Shown one piece after another: positions 17,865-26,962 of a stretch of DNA of 64,000 nt. Origin of the DNA: Rhodospirillaceae bacterium (GTDB lineage: Bacteria; Pseudomonadota; Alphaproteobacteria; Rhodospirillales; Casp-alpha2); contig JAERTE010000098.1 in NCBI GenBank assembly GCA_016845145.1, positions 8,889 through 72,888 on the forward strand, given 5' to 3'. A program made the translations under genes and the position numbers. Within the stretch, counting starts at the first letter, position 1; the number at the start of each line of letters is the position of its first letter. The notes beneath the pieces were generated by a model, which saw only the letters and a list, made by a program, of their open reading frames with translations, searched no databases and was not told where the DNA came from.

Positions 17865-19310
17865 TCACTCGTGTCCTTGCCCCGGCACAGGTGTGGCGCC
17901 AGGGGTGCCGATATTGAGGGCTTTCTCGCGGCCGCCAAATTTCTCGATCAATGCGTTCTGATCGTCCTTGGCCTTCCGGTCCGTCTTCTCCGGGTCGCAG
18001 ATATCACGAAGGCACGCTTCGTACTGCCTCAGAACCGACGCAAAATCCGGGTTGCCCGCCAGATTGGTCGTTTCGTCGGGGTCCGTGTCCATGTCAAAAA
18101 GCTCAGGCTCGAAGCCGACATAGTAAATGAATTTGTACTTCCCTTTGCGCAGCATAAACGCACCAGTCGGCGATGATGATGCATGGTATTCGCTGAAGAC
18201 GATCCGTTCGGGGTCGTTGTCCTTGGCGGCAAGGTCAAACCAGCTTTCGCCTTTCAGGCTTTGCTCTTCCTCGTTCAAAGGCACGCCGACGCTCTCCAGC
18301 ACGGTTTGATAGCTATCCAGCAACGACGACGTCGTCGTGCACACTTTCCCTGTGGGAACACCATCGCCGGCGACGATCAGCGGAATGCCGGCACTTTCTT
18401 CATATAAGTTGGATTTGCCCCACATGCCGCGCGCACCGACGTTGTCGCCATGATCGCTGGTATAAATGACGCGTGTGCTGTCTTCCAACCCACTGGCAGC
18501 CAAAGTTTCAAGAACCCGGCCGATCTGAAAATCAACGAAAGTGCACAATCCGAAATAGGCGGCAACGGCCTGCAATCGTTGTTCCGGCGTCAAACGTCGA
18601 TCGACCTTGGTGAATTCGTCCATGTGCTGCAGCCATGGATGGCGGACAAACCCAGTCTCGGGGTCGAGTTTGCGCGGCGGCAATTTATCAAGCGGATACA
18701 AATCATAGAACTCATCAGGCACCACCAAGGGAAAGTGCGGTGCGACGAAACCAAGATAAAGCACCCAAGGTTTTTCATCGTCCCTCGACGCAGCTTCCTC
18801 TAGCCAGCTACAGGCCTCGTCAGCAATCAAACGGTCGTAACGGTTGTAATTCGATTCACCGGGACCGATTTGCTTCAGCATCTGGGACGGGCGTTCATCG
18901 GGCAATGGGTCGCGAATGGAACCCCACACCTGACCGATACCGTCCATGACGTGCATGGGATGATGTTGTTTGGAAAAGCCAGTCGGCAGATCTTCATGGC
19001 GATAGTGCAGCTTACCGATAGACTCGACCCTATGGCCTTCCTCCTGCAAGCGATGCCCCCAGCTTTTCTCTTCGCCGTCATAGGGCATGGCATTGTCCCA
19101 ATATCCTGTTTCATGGGTATAGCGGCCGGTGGCAAAAGCGGCGCGCGCCGGAATACATATGGGGGAATTGGTGTAATGCGCCGTAAATCGCGTGCCGCGC
19201 GCCGCCAATTTATCAAGGTTGGGCGTTTGAACCTGATCATGGCCATAGCACCCGAGCATCTTCGGATTGTGTTCGTCGGACATGATGTACAGAGTATTCT
19301 GGGGCTTCAT
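17865..19310 (-). CDS. Cys-type sulfatase (arylsulfatase/choline-sulfatase-like), no signal peptide
   Basis: Start at the ATG at 19310 (MKPQNTLYIMSDEHNP...). Formylglycine motif CIPARAAFATGRY. Sulfatase core includes YTSDHGD. Confidence 0.85.
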   Translation of the reverse strand: MKPQNTLYIMSDEHNPKMLGCYGHDQVQTPNLDKLAARGTRFTAHYTNSPICIPARAAFATGRYTHETGYWDNAMPYDGEEKSWGHRLQEEGHRVESIGKLHYRHEDLPTGFSKQHHPMHVMDGIGQVWGSIRDPLPDERPSQMLKQIGPGESNYNRYDRLIADEACSWLEEAASRDDEKPWVLYLGFVAPHFPLVVPDEFYDLYPLDKLPPRKLDPETGFVRHPWLQHMDEFTKVDRRLTPEQRLQAVAAYFGLCTFVDFQIGRVLETLAASGLEDSTRVIYTSDHGDNVGARGMWGKSNLYEESAGIPLIVAGDGVPTGKVCTTTSSLLDSYQTVLESVGVPLNEEEQSLKGESWFDLAAKDNDPERIVFSEYHASSSPTGAFMLRKGKYKFIYYVGFEPELFDMDTDPDETTNLAGNPDFASVLRQYEACLRDICDPEKTDRKAKDDQNALIEKFGGREKALNIGTPGATPVPGQGHE

Positions 19311-19509
19311 CGTGGTTCGATCCTTAATATTTCCGGCAACCCGGACAACAACGACATAAGTGCGAAATGCAACTATCCGCCAATTATTCAATTCGATCAA
19401 ACTTGGGCGGTTGCTAGCGCGGGGTCTATAAGCTGATCAATTGCGCTCAATTCATCGGCTTGGCATTATTGTTGGATGAAGGTGATTTGAGAGATGGCAT
19501 GGGGATCAC

Positions 19510-21474
19510 ATGGGAATAGAGACTGAGTGGGTTGAGTACGATGTTGTCGTCATTGGGTCCGGCGGTGCGGGTGCACACGCAGCTGGAGCGGCGGCGGACG
19601 CCGGCGCCAATGTCCTGGTCGTATCCAAGGACCCAATTGGCGCATCCGACACGAAGATATCGGAGGGCATCTCCACGGTGCGGGAATCCGGATCGGACGA
19701 CGACACGGAAGAAATTCTTTCAGAGAACCTCAAGATGGCCGGCGCAGATTTGCCGGTGCGCGGCATTACCGATGCTTTCGCCCAGGACAGCAAAACAGCT
19801 TATGATCGGTATCGCGCGCAAGGCCTACGGCCAGGTATCGATACTCAACGCAATACGCCGCAACCTCTCCCGCTGCCGTTCGGCGGCCATACCAGGCGGC
19901 GTTCCGTCGGGCACAAGAACGGCGGCGTGGCCTTCGGCCATGCGAATTGGAATATCATCGTTCAGGGCGGCACCGCCCGCGGGCGGATCGATTATTTGGA
20001 AGACGCGTGGTTTCTGGATTTGGCCACGGAAAGACACCAGGGTAAAACGCGGCTGAATGGCGGCTTGATCTATGATGCGGCGCGCGGATTGCTGGTTGCC
20101 GTGCGCACGCCGTCGGTGGTGATCGCGGCGGGCGGACTGTCGACGCTGTATTTCCCCAAAACAGACACCATGCGCGGCAACACCGGCGACAGTTTCGCCA
20201 TCGCCGCACGCGCCGGGGCCGAATTGGTGGATATGGAGCAAATTCAATTCCTGCCGTTTTGCCTCGCCTCTCCTCCCTCCTACGAAGGCTTGGTCTGTGG
20301 CGAACCGGTGACGGCAAGTTATCTTGGCGTGCTTCGCGACAAGAACGGCAAGGTCATTTTGGACGGCGTCTATCTACGCACCCGCGCCGAATGTGCCGCC
20401 GCCATCATGCGCGCCGTAGAAGACGGCCGCGGCACGGAGAACGGCGGCGCATATTTGGATATGACCGCCAACAAACGCGCACCGCGCTCAGGCCCCTATT
20501 TCATGCGCTTCCTCGAGTCCGTGCTGCCGTCGGCTTATGTCAACGCGCGCCAAGCGTTGGGCAAGGCTGCAGCGAAGTGCGAGGAGCCATGGGAGGTGCG
20601 CCCCAGCGCACACTATTCCATGGGCGGCATCCGTACCGATGCCAACGGAGCGTGTGTCGGCGGTGATGGAGACGGCACAACCGAGCTTGGCATAAACGGC
20701 TTATTCGCCGCCGGGCAGGCCATGGGCGGGCTGTTCGGCGCCAACCGCCTGGGCTCCACATCGCTGACGGAGGTGGCCGTGTTCGGCATCCGCGCCGGAC
20801 AGATGGCGGCACGGAACGCACGAAATGCACAAGCCGCATCCGATGACACAGCCTTCAGGGCTTTGATTGAAGCGGCGGCCAACCGCTTTGGACAAAAAGG
20901 AGATATCGCAGCCGCCACTTTGCGGCTGGAACTGCAAAACGAAAGCTGGATCAATATCGGGCCCGTGCGCTCAGCCGAGCGCCTTGAGCGCATGCGCGCA
21001 CTGGTTGATGGCTGGACGGAGCGGTTGGCCAGCGTCTCAATTCCCGCCCATGCCAGATGGAATCAAGCCTTCCTCGAGTTCGAGGAACTCCGCAACATGC
21101 TGGAAACCGCCAAGGCCATTGTCGCCGCCGCACGTGAACGCGATGGCAGCGTCGGCGGACACGTACGGCTTGACGGCAAGAACATCTCCCCCTTCTCTCA
21201 ACCGTATTCGACGGTCGCCAGACGCGAACCGGGCGGCCAATGGCATGCCCGGCGGGTCGCGCGCGAGCGCACACCACTGAAGCGGTTGGTCTCTTACAAA
21301 ATCGAAGAACAGAAGAAATTGTTTCAAGCGCGGTTATTGCGTTTGATGCCAAAAGGTATGCAGGATCGGACGCTGGAAAAACGCTACAAAGCGACCATGG
21401 GTGCTGGCGGGTCTGCACCGGAGGTTTCCCTTGGCGCGCCTGAAGCAGCCATCGGCGAGGCATCGCAACCATGA
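19510..21474 (+). CDS. FAD-binding flavoprotein of the SdhA/FrdA/NadB (FAD_binding_2) superfamily, atypical
   Basis: 654 aa. Dinucleotide fold DVVVIGSGGAGAHAAGAAADAG. GDSFAIAARAGAELVDMEQIQFLP and HYSMGGIRTD blocks. Long C-terminal extension. Confidence 0.8.
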   Translation: MGIETEWVEYDVVVIGSGGAGAHAAGAAADAGANVLVVSKDPIGASDTKISEGISTVRESGSDDDTEEILSENLKMAGADLPVRGITDAFAQDSKTAYDRYRAQGLRPGIDTQRNTPQPLPLPFGGHTRRRSVGHKNGGVAFGHANWNIIVQGGTARGRIDYLEDAWFLDLATERHQGKTRLNGGLIYDAARGLLVAVRTPSVVIAAGGLSTLYFPKTDTMRGNTGDSFAIAARAGAELVDMEQIQFLPFCLASPPSYEGLVCGEPVTASYLGVLRDKNGKVILDGVYLRTRAECAAAIMRAVEDGRGTENGGAYLDMTANKRAPRSGPYFMRFLESVLPSAYVNARQALGKAAAKCEEPWEVRPSAHYSMGGIRTDANGACVGGDGDGTTELGINGLFAAGQAMGGLFGANRLGSTSLTEVAVFGIRAGQMAARNARNAQAASDDTAFRALIEAAANRFGQKGDIAAATLRLELQNESWINIGPVRSAERLERMRALVDGWTERLASVSIPAHARWNQAFLEFEELRNMLETAKAIVAAARERDGSVGGHVRLDGKNISPFSQPYSTVARREPGGQWHARRVARERTPLKRLVSYKIEEQKKLFQARLLRLMPKGMQDRTLEKRYKATMGAGGSAPEVSLGAPEAAIGEASQP

Positions 21475-22217
21475 GTGAAAAGCACGGAAGCCTAAAGGTA
21501 GAGATCGTCACGCATCGCGAGGGCGAAACCGCCAGCCAAACGTTTGATTATCATCTGCGTGCCAAGGACGAACGACCGATGGCACTGGATGTCTTGCTGC
21601 AGGCGCAAGCCACAAGCATGCCCGAGCTCGCATTCAGATATGGCTGCCGGGCGCGCAACTGCGGTGTATGCACCATAGACGTCAACGGCCGCCCGCGCAT
21701 TGCCTGCCGGGCACGGGTGCGGGCCGGCGACACCATCAGCCCAATGGCCACACTGCCTGTACTGAGCGATCTGGTGGTGCGCCGCGACGGCATCGCCCGG
21801 CAATTGCGAGGGCGTTTGATGAGCGGTGGCCAGGGCAACGCGCTCAATGTTGAAGCGCCCGATACCTACCACGACCTCACGGCTTGCATTGAATGTTACG
21901 CGTGTTTGGACAAATGCCCCATGCATGCCCGCAATTTCGCCGATGGCCTTCCCGGCGAAATGAACAACGATTTACCCGACCCCGCCCAGGGCTATCGCTG
22001 GGGCAATCCATTTTCCCTGCTTAAGCTACAGCGAATTCGGATTGACCCGCTGACGACCGAAGTCGGGCGCGGTACGGCGCTCGATCATGCCATTGAACTT
22101 GGGCTGGACGCTTGCGTCGGCTGCCCAGGCTGCAAGTGCGGTATCGGCATCAATCTGAAAGGCGACGTTATTAAACCGCTGATGGACGCGGCTGGCGAGC
22201 GCTTGCTATCGCCTTAA
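21471..22217 (+). CDS. SdhB/FrdB-like iron-sulfur subunit
   Basis: 248 aa. Start overlaps the flavoprotein stop (ATGA). 2Fe-2S pattern CRARNCGVC...C (C-x4-C-x2-C-x11-C). 4Fe-4S motif CIECYACLDKCP. A second, atypical cluster motif CVGCPGCKC. Confidence 0.8.
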   Translation: MSEKHGSLKVEIVTHREGETASQTFDYHLRAKDERPMALDVLLQAQATSMPELAFRYGCRARNCGVCTIDVNGRPRIACRARVRAGDTISPMATLPVLSDLVVRRDGIARQLRGRLMSGGQGNALNVEAPDTYHDLTACIECYACLDKCPMHARNFADGLPGEMNNDLPDPAQGYRWGNPFSLLKLQRIRIDPLTTEVGRGTALDHAIELGLDACVGCPGCKCGIGINLKGDVIKPLMDAAGERLLSP

Positions 22218-23053
22218 GTTGCTTCGCCTCGCTGCTTGCGCTTGGCGTTGCGACGAATGGTGTAGAGCGTGCTTCCGATGATGATCAACGATCCGGTGAT
22301 CGTCCAAACCGTTGGAATTTCCTGAAAAACGACAATGCCGATCGCCGTGGCAAACAACAATCGAGCATATTCCACAGGCGCCACAGCCACAGCCTCCGCC
22401 GCCTTAAGCCCTTGAATCATCACCCACTGCATCATCGACATCAAACCACCGATTACCACGATCAGCGCCACTTCGGGCCACGTCGGCATGACCCAGAGAT
22501 ACAGCGCCGGTCCGGCCATAATGGCGGTGACCATAACCGACTGGTAGGTCATGATCGTCGACGGCGGTTCCGTGGCGGAGAGCTTCTTCAAGACAATGAT
22601 GATACCCGCCACGAACAACGAAGACAGCAACGCCAATAGCGCATAGACATTCACGTTATCCGCATCGGGCCGAATGATGATCATCACGCCAATGAACCCG
22701 ATAATCGTCACCGACCACCGTCGTACACCCACCACCTCGCCCAGAAAAACGATGGCCAGCAAGGTCATGAACAAGGTCTTGGCAAAGGTGATAGCCGTGG
22801 CTTCGGCCAATGGCATGTGGACCAGTGCCGTAAATCCCGTCGCCATTGCAATGGCGGCAAATCCGCCACGCATGAGATGGAAGCGCAACATCTTGGTCCT
22901 GAAGATGGTTCGATGCGTGCGCACGATTACCGGCGTCAGCACCGCCAAAACACAGAGTTGGCGCACGAACAGAATTTCGAAAACCGGAATGCGCTGCCCA
23001 ATGAACTTAATCAGCGCCGCCATCACAGCACCGATCAGCGACGCCAGAAGCAC
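22214..23053 (-). CDS. DMT superfamily (EamA-type) transporter; start codon uncertain
   Basis: Polytopic 279-aa ORF from a GTG. The frame is open a further 31 codons upstream (...LLRYTRQRWRRFPGNVRGSFW) with no ATG/GTG/TTG in that stretch. Confidence 0.75.
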   Translation of the reverse strand: MLLASLIGAVMAALIKFIGQRIPVFEILFVRQLCVLAVLTPVIVRTHRTIFRTKMLRFHLMRGGFAAIAMATGFTALVHMPLAEATAITFAKTLFMTLLAIVFLGEVVGVRRWSVTIIGFIGVMIIIRPDADNVNVYALLALLSSLFVAGIIIVLKKLSATEPPSTIMTYQSVMVTAIMAGPALYLWVMPTWPEVALIVVIGGLMSMMQWVMIQGLKAAEAVAVAPVEYARLLFATAIGIVVFQEIPTVWTITGSLIIIGSTLYTIRRNAKRKQRGEAT

Positions 23054-23139
23054 CCAGAAGGAGCCCCGTACGTTTCCCGGAAATCGCCGCCAGCGTTGCC
23101 GCGTATATCTTAACAGTGTTTCAGGATGATGGATGCCTG

Positions 23140-23952
23140 TTACCCCTCACCTTCTGCCTCTGTCCGACGCAGGTCGGTGAAATTCGGCTTCCGCTTTTCC
23201 AGAAAAGCGCCGATTCCCTCCGCAGCCTCACCATCACCCTGAGACATCACCATCAAATCGGCCTCGAAATCCAGTTGCTCTTGCAGGGTGTTTTCCTGCG
23301 CGCCGTGACACAGCGACTTGATACGCGCCATCGTACGGGCCGGACCTCGTGTTAGGCGTTGTGCGACCTGTGTAGCCTCATCAAGAGCGCTGCCTGGCTC
23401 CACCAAATGGTTGACCACGCCGAACTGGTGCAACCGCTCAACGGTTATCGGTTTTCCGGTCAAACACAACTCGGTGACCAATTGCCGCGGCAAGGCCTTG
23501 CCCAGAAATGCCGTAACACCCCCGTCCGGCGACAACGCCACCTTGACGTAGGCGATCGAGAAATATGCCTCCGACGCAGCCACAATCATATCGCAGGCAA
23601 GGGCCAGTGACGCTCCGGCTCCTGCCGCTCCGCCCTCAATAGCCGCAATAATCGGCTTTGGGCAGTCGCGCATGGCACTGATCATACCGTGCAACCGGTC
23701 AATTCCACCGCGGCGTTCTTCGGGCGTGCGTTCGGCATTGCTCTTCAGCCTGTTCAAATCACCGCCCGAACAGAAGAAATTCCCTGCGCCGGTCAGTACG
23801 ATGGCGCCAATGGTGGGGTCTGATGACGCTTGTTCGAGTGTTTTGGCAAATCCGACATAAAAGTCTGGGTTCAGCGCATTTCGGTTGGCAGGATTGTCGT
23901 TAACGACCACCATAACATCGCCTTTTCGTTCAATTTTTATCGTTTCGGTCAT
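23140..23952 (-). CDS. Enoyl-CoA hydratase/isomerase (crotonase) family protein
   Basis: 270 aa. Contains VLTGAGNFFCSGGDL and AAIEGGAAGAGASLALACDM, which are oxyanion-hole segments. Confidence 0.88.
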   Translation of the reverse strand: MTETIKIERKGDVMVVVNDNPANRNALNPDFYVGFAKTLEQASSDPTIGAIVLTGAGNFFCSGGDLNRLKSNAERTPEERRGGIDRLHGMISAMRDCPKPIIAAIEGGAAGAGASLALACDMIVAASEAYFSIAYVKVALSPDGGVTAFLGKALPRQLVTELCLTGKPITVERLHQFGVVNHLVEPGSALDEATQVAQRLTRGPARTMARIKSLCHGAQENTLQEQLDFEADLMVMSQGDGEAAEGIGAFLEKRKPNFTDLRRTEAEGEG

Positions 23953-24001
23953 AAAAACACCCTGCCTTTTTCACTGTGTGGAACTCGGACCAACAAACTA
24001 T

Positions 24002-24022
24002 TGCATGCCCAATCCATGCATG
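24002..24022. promoter_or_regulatory. Candidate operator: inverted repeat GCATG-N7-CATGC with two TGCATG palindromes
   Basis: TGCATG occurs at 24002-24007 and 24017-24022, in the 112-bp divergent region between the crotonase and CoA-ligase genes. Confidence 0.2.
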
Positions 24023-24064
24023 AACAATGGAGACGAGAAAAGACAAAAGGGAGGGGATCGGAAC

Positions 24065-26164
24065 ATGGCGCACGGCCTGGAACCGTTGCTGCATCCGAAA
24101 ACGGTGGCAATCATCGGTGCTTCCGACGCACCGGAACGCATCGGCGGACGACCGATCAGCTACATGAAATCTGCTGGCTATAGCGGCAAGATTTTTCCCG
24201 TCAATCCAAAGCGCGAAACCGTGCAGGGCATCCCCGCTTATGCCTCCATCAAGGATATTTCCGAATCTGTTGATACGGCGATTGTTTCGGTACCAGCCAA
24301 AATTGCCGTGCAGTCCATCCAGGACTGCATCGACGCCGGCGTCAAAAGTGCCGTTATCTTCACCGCCGGCTTTGCCGAGATGGATGAAGACGGTGCCGCA
24401 GCTCAGCGTGAGATGGAAGAGATTATCCGCGCCAGTGATATGCGAGCAGTCGGCCCCAATTGCCTGGGCGTCTTTAACGTCAAGGATGGCTGGTACGGCA
24501 CGTTCGCCAATGCGCCGGGCATGGTCGAGGTGCCGCCCGGCCCTGTCGGTATCGTCACCCAAAGTGGTGCTTATGGTAGCCACGTGTTCGGTGCGGCGCA
24601 GGCCCGCCGGGTCGGCGCCAATTATTGGGTAACGACCGGCAATGAGTGCGACGTAGACGTAGCCGAGGTCATCGAATACTACGCACAAGCCCAAGACGTG
24701 AAGGTGATCTTGGCTTATGCGGAAGGTATGAAAAGTGCCGATCGCATCTGCCGTGCGCTGGAAATGGCGCGTGACGCCGGAAAGCCGGTAATCTTTCAGA
24801 AAGTCGGGAAATCCGATATCGGCGCGCTGGCGGCCGCCTCGCACACAGCCTCCCTGGCGGGCTCCGATGCCGTCTACGATGCACTGTTCAAGCAATACGG
24901 CGTTTACCGCGCGGAATCGACCGAGGAAATGGTCAATATCGCCTATGCCTGCCAGTTCGATCGCTATCCCGAAGGGCGCAAAATCAGTCTGCAAACGATT
25001 TCCGGCGGGGTTGGCGTACAAATGGCCGACGCGGCGGATAAATATGATCTAGATGTTGAACCGATGCCTGAAGGCACGCAGAAAAAGCTGAAGGAATTGC
25101 TGCCCTTTGCCGCCGTGCGCAACCCTGTCGATTTCACAGCCCAGGCATTGAACGAGCCACACCTGATGGAAGAAAACCTCATCCTTACGGTCGAGGAAGC
25201 CGACTACGACGCCTTTATCATTTATATGGCCGGTGTCGCGGGATCATCCTTCACGCGCCAGGGCGTGCTCGACCTGCTGACGCGGCTACGCAAGAAATAC
25301 CCGGATCAAATCTGGTTCCTCAGCACCACGCGGGTCGACGATACGGTTGGCGACTACGAAGAGATCGGCATGCCTTGCTACAGCGATCCCGATGTCACCG
25401 TGCAGTCCATGGCCGCACTCATGGGCTTTGGTGAGACTTTCCGGCGCGGTCGCCCGGACGCGCCGCCGATGCTACCGGCTGGCGCCCTGCCCGCACCCGA
25501 CACGGCGGTCGGTGAATTTGAGGCCAAACAGATACTCGCCAGCGCCGGTATCCCGGTGACGCGGGAATCCTTGGCGACCGATCCCGAACAAGCCGTTGCC
25601 GCGTGGCAAGAGATTGCCGGGCCGGTGGTGATGAAAATCGCCTCTCCGGATATCCTGCATAAGACTGAGATCGGCGGCGTATTGCTGAACGTCGACGACG
25701 AGGCTTCTGTCGCGGATGGCTACGCAACGCTATTGGAGCGCGCTGAATCCGCAAAACCCGGCGCCCGCATCGACGGCGTTATCGTCGCCGAGATGGCGCA
25801 AGCTGGGGTCGAAACCGTAATGGGCGTCGTTATCGATCCCGTGTTCGGCCCGGCAGTGATGTTTGGGTTGGGCGGCGTGTTCGTGGAAGTGTTGAAAGAT
25901 GTCACCTTCCGCCTCGCCCCCTTCGGTATCGACGAAGCACATCGCATGATCGATGAAATTCAGGGCCGCGCCATGCTCGACGGCGTGCGCGGCGCGCCGC
26001 CCGCCGATATCGATGCCCTAGCGGAGGCTTTGTCCCGGCTTTCGGTCTTCGCTCATGCCAATAAAGACAAAATCGAAAGCATTGATGTCAATCCATTCAT
26101 CGTTACGCCCACAGGTGCCGTCGCTGTAGACGGCTTGATCGTGCCGGCGGATCATTCTCAATAG
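24065..26164 (+). CDS. ADP-forming (NDP-forming) acyl-CoA synthetase, fused alpha/beta (acetate--CoA ligase family)
   Basis: Start at the ATG at 24065, after GGGAGGGG. CoA-binding N-terminus KTVAIIGASDAPERIGGRP. Phosphohistidine motif AASHTASLAGS. C-terminal ATG-grasp-type (ATP-grasp) domain. Confidence 0.85.
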   Translation: MAHGLEPLLHPKTVAIIGASDAPERIGGRPISYMKSAGYSGKIFPVNPKRETVQGIPAYASIKDISESVDTAIVSVPAKIAVQSIQDCIDAGVKSAVIFTAGFAEMDEDGAAAQREMEEIIRASDMRAVGPNCLGVFNVKDGWYGTFANAPGMVEVPPGPVGIVTQSGAYGSHVFGAAQARRVGANYWVTTGNECDVDVAEVIEYYAQAQDVKVILAYAEGMKSADRICRALEMARDAGKPVIFQKVGKSDIGALAAASHTASLAGSDAVYDALFKQYGVYRAESTEEMVNIAYACQFDRYPEGRKISLQTISGGVGVQMADAADKYDLDVEPMPEGTQKKLKELLPFAAVRNPVDFTAQALNEPHLMEENLILTVEEADYDAFIIYMAGVAGSSFTRQGVLDLLTRLRKKYPDQIWFLSTTRVDDTVGDYEEIGMPCYSDPDVTVQSMAALMGFGETFRRGRPDAPPMLPAGALPAPDTAVGEFEAKQILASAGIPVTRESLATDPEQAVAAWQEIAGPVVMKIASPDILHKTEIGGVLLNVDDEASVADGYATLLERAESAKPGARIDGVIVAEMAQAGVETVMGVVIDPVFGPAVMFGLGGVFVEVLKDVTFRLAPFGIDEAHRMIDEIQGRAMLDGVRGAPPADIDALAEALSRLSVFAHANKDKIESIDVNPFIVTPTGAVAVDGLIVPADHSQ

Positions 26165-26182
26165 TTCGAACAGGAGATAACC

Positions 26183-26947
26183 ATGACCAATCCAATGAGC
26201 CTTGATGGAAAAAACATCATCGTTACCGGCGCCGGCCAAGGTATCGGTGAAGCCGTTGCGCGACTGGCCAAGCAACTGGGCGGCAATCCTATCCTCATGG
26301 ATATTCAAGCCGATAAGGTGAAGGCCGTCGCTGATGAAATCGGTGCGGATGCGTACGTGGGCAGCGTTGCAGAACCAGGGTTCGTCCAAGACACCATTGG
26401 CGCAGTTGTAGAAAAGAACGGCGCCATTCATGGCTTGCTCAACAACGCCGGCATCGTACGCGCAGCGATGATCAATAAGATGCCGATCGAGACGTGGCAG
26501 GAAGTCATCGACGTCAACCTGAGCGGCGTGTTCTACTGCCTGCAAGAAGTTGGGCGCCACATGATCGACCGTTCAAAAGCCGGTGATGAAGCGCCCGGTT
26601 GCATCATCAATATCTCATCCATTGCCGGACGCCGGGGTACCATCGGTCAAATCAATTACGGAGCCGCGAAATCCGGCGTACTGGGCATCACCATGAGTGC
26701 CGCCAAGGAATGGGGACGCTATGGCATCCGCGTCAACAGTCTGTGTTTCGGTGTGGTGGAGACGCCAATGACAGAGACCATTCGGTCCGACAAATTCCGG
26801 GAAATGTACGAGAGTCAAATTCCGCTCGGCCGTTTTTCGACACCGGAAGAAGTCGCCGGTCCGGCGTGCTTTATTTTCTCCGATGCCGCCAGCTATATCA
26901 CCGGTCAGCATTTGTCCGTCGATGGCGGCTCACATATCGGCTATTGA
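26183..26947 (+). CDS. SDR family oxidoreductase (3-hydroxyacyl-CoA / 3-oxoacyl reductase-like)
   Basis: 254 aa. TGAGQGIG cofactor motif and the YGAAK catalytic Y-x3-K. Confidence 0.88.
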   Translation: MTNPMSLDGKNIIVTGAGQGIGEAVARLAKQLGGNPILMDIQADKVKAVADEIGADAYVGSVAEPGFVQDTIGAVVEKNGAIHGLLNNAGIVRAAMINKMPIETWQEVIDVNLSGVFYCLQEVGRHMIDRSKAGDEAPGCIINISSIAGRRGTIGQINYGAAKSGVLGITMSAAKEWGRYGIRVNSLCFGVVETPMTETIRSDKFREMYESQIPLGRFSTPEEVAGPACFIFSDAASYITGQHLSVDGGSHIGY

Positions 26948-26962
26948 GCAGGAAAGATATTT

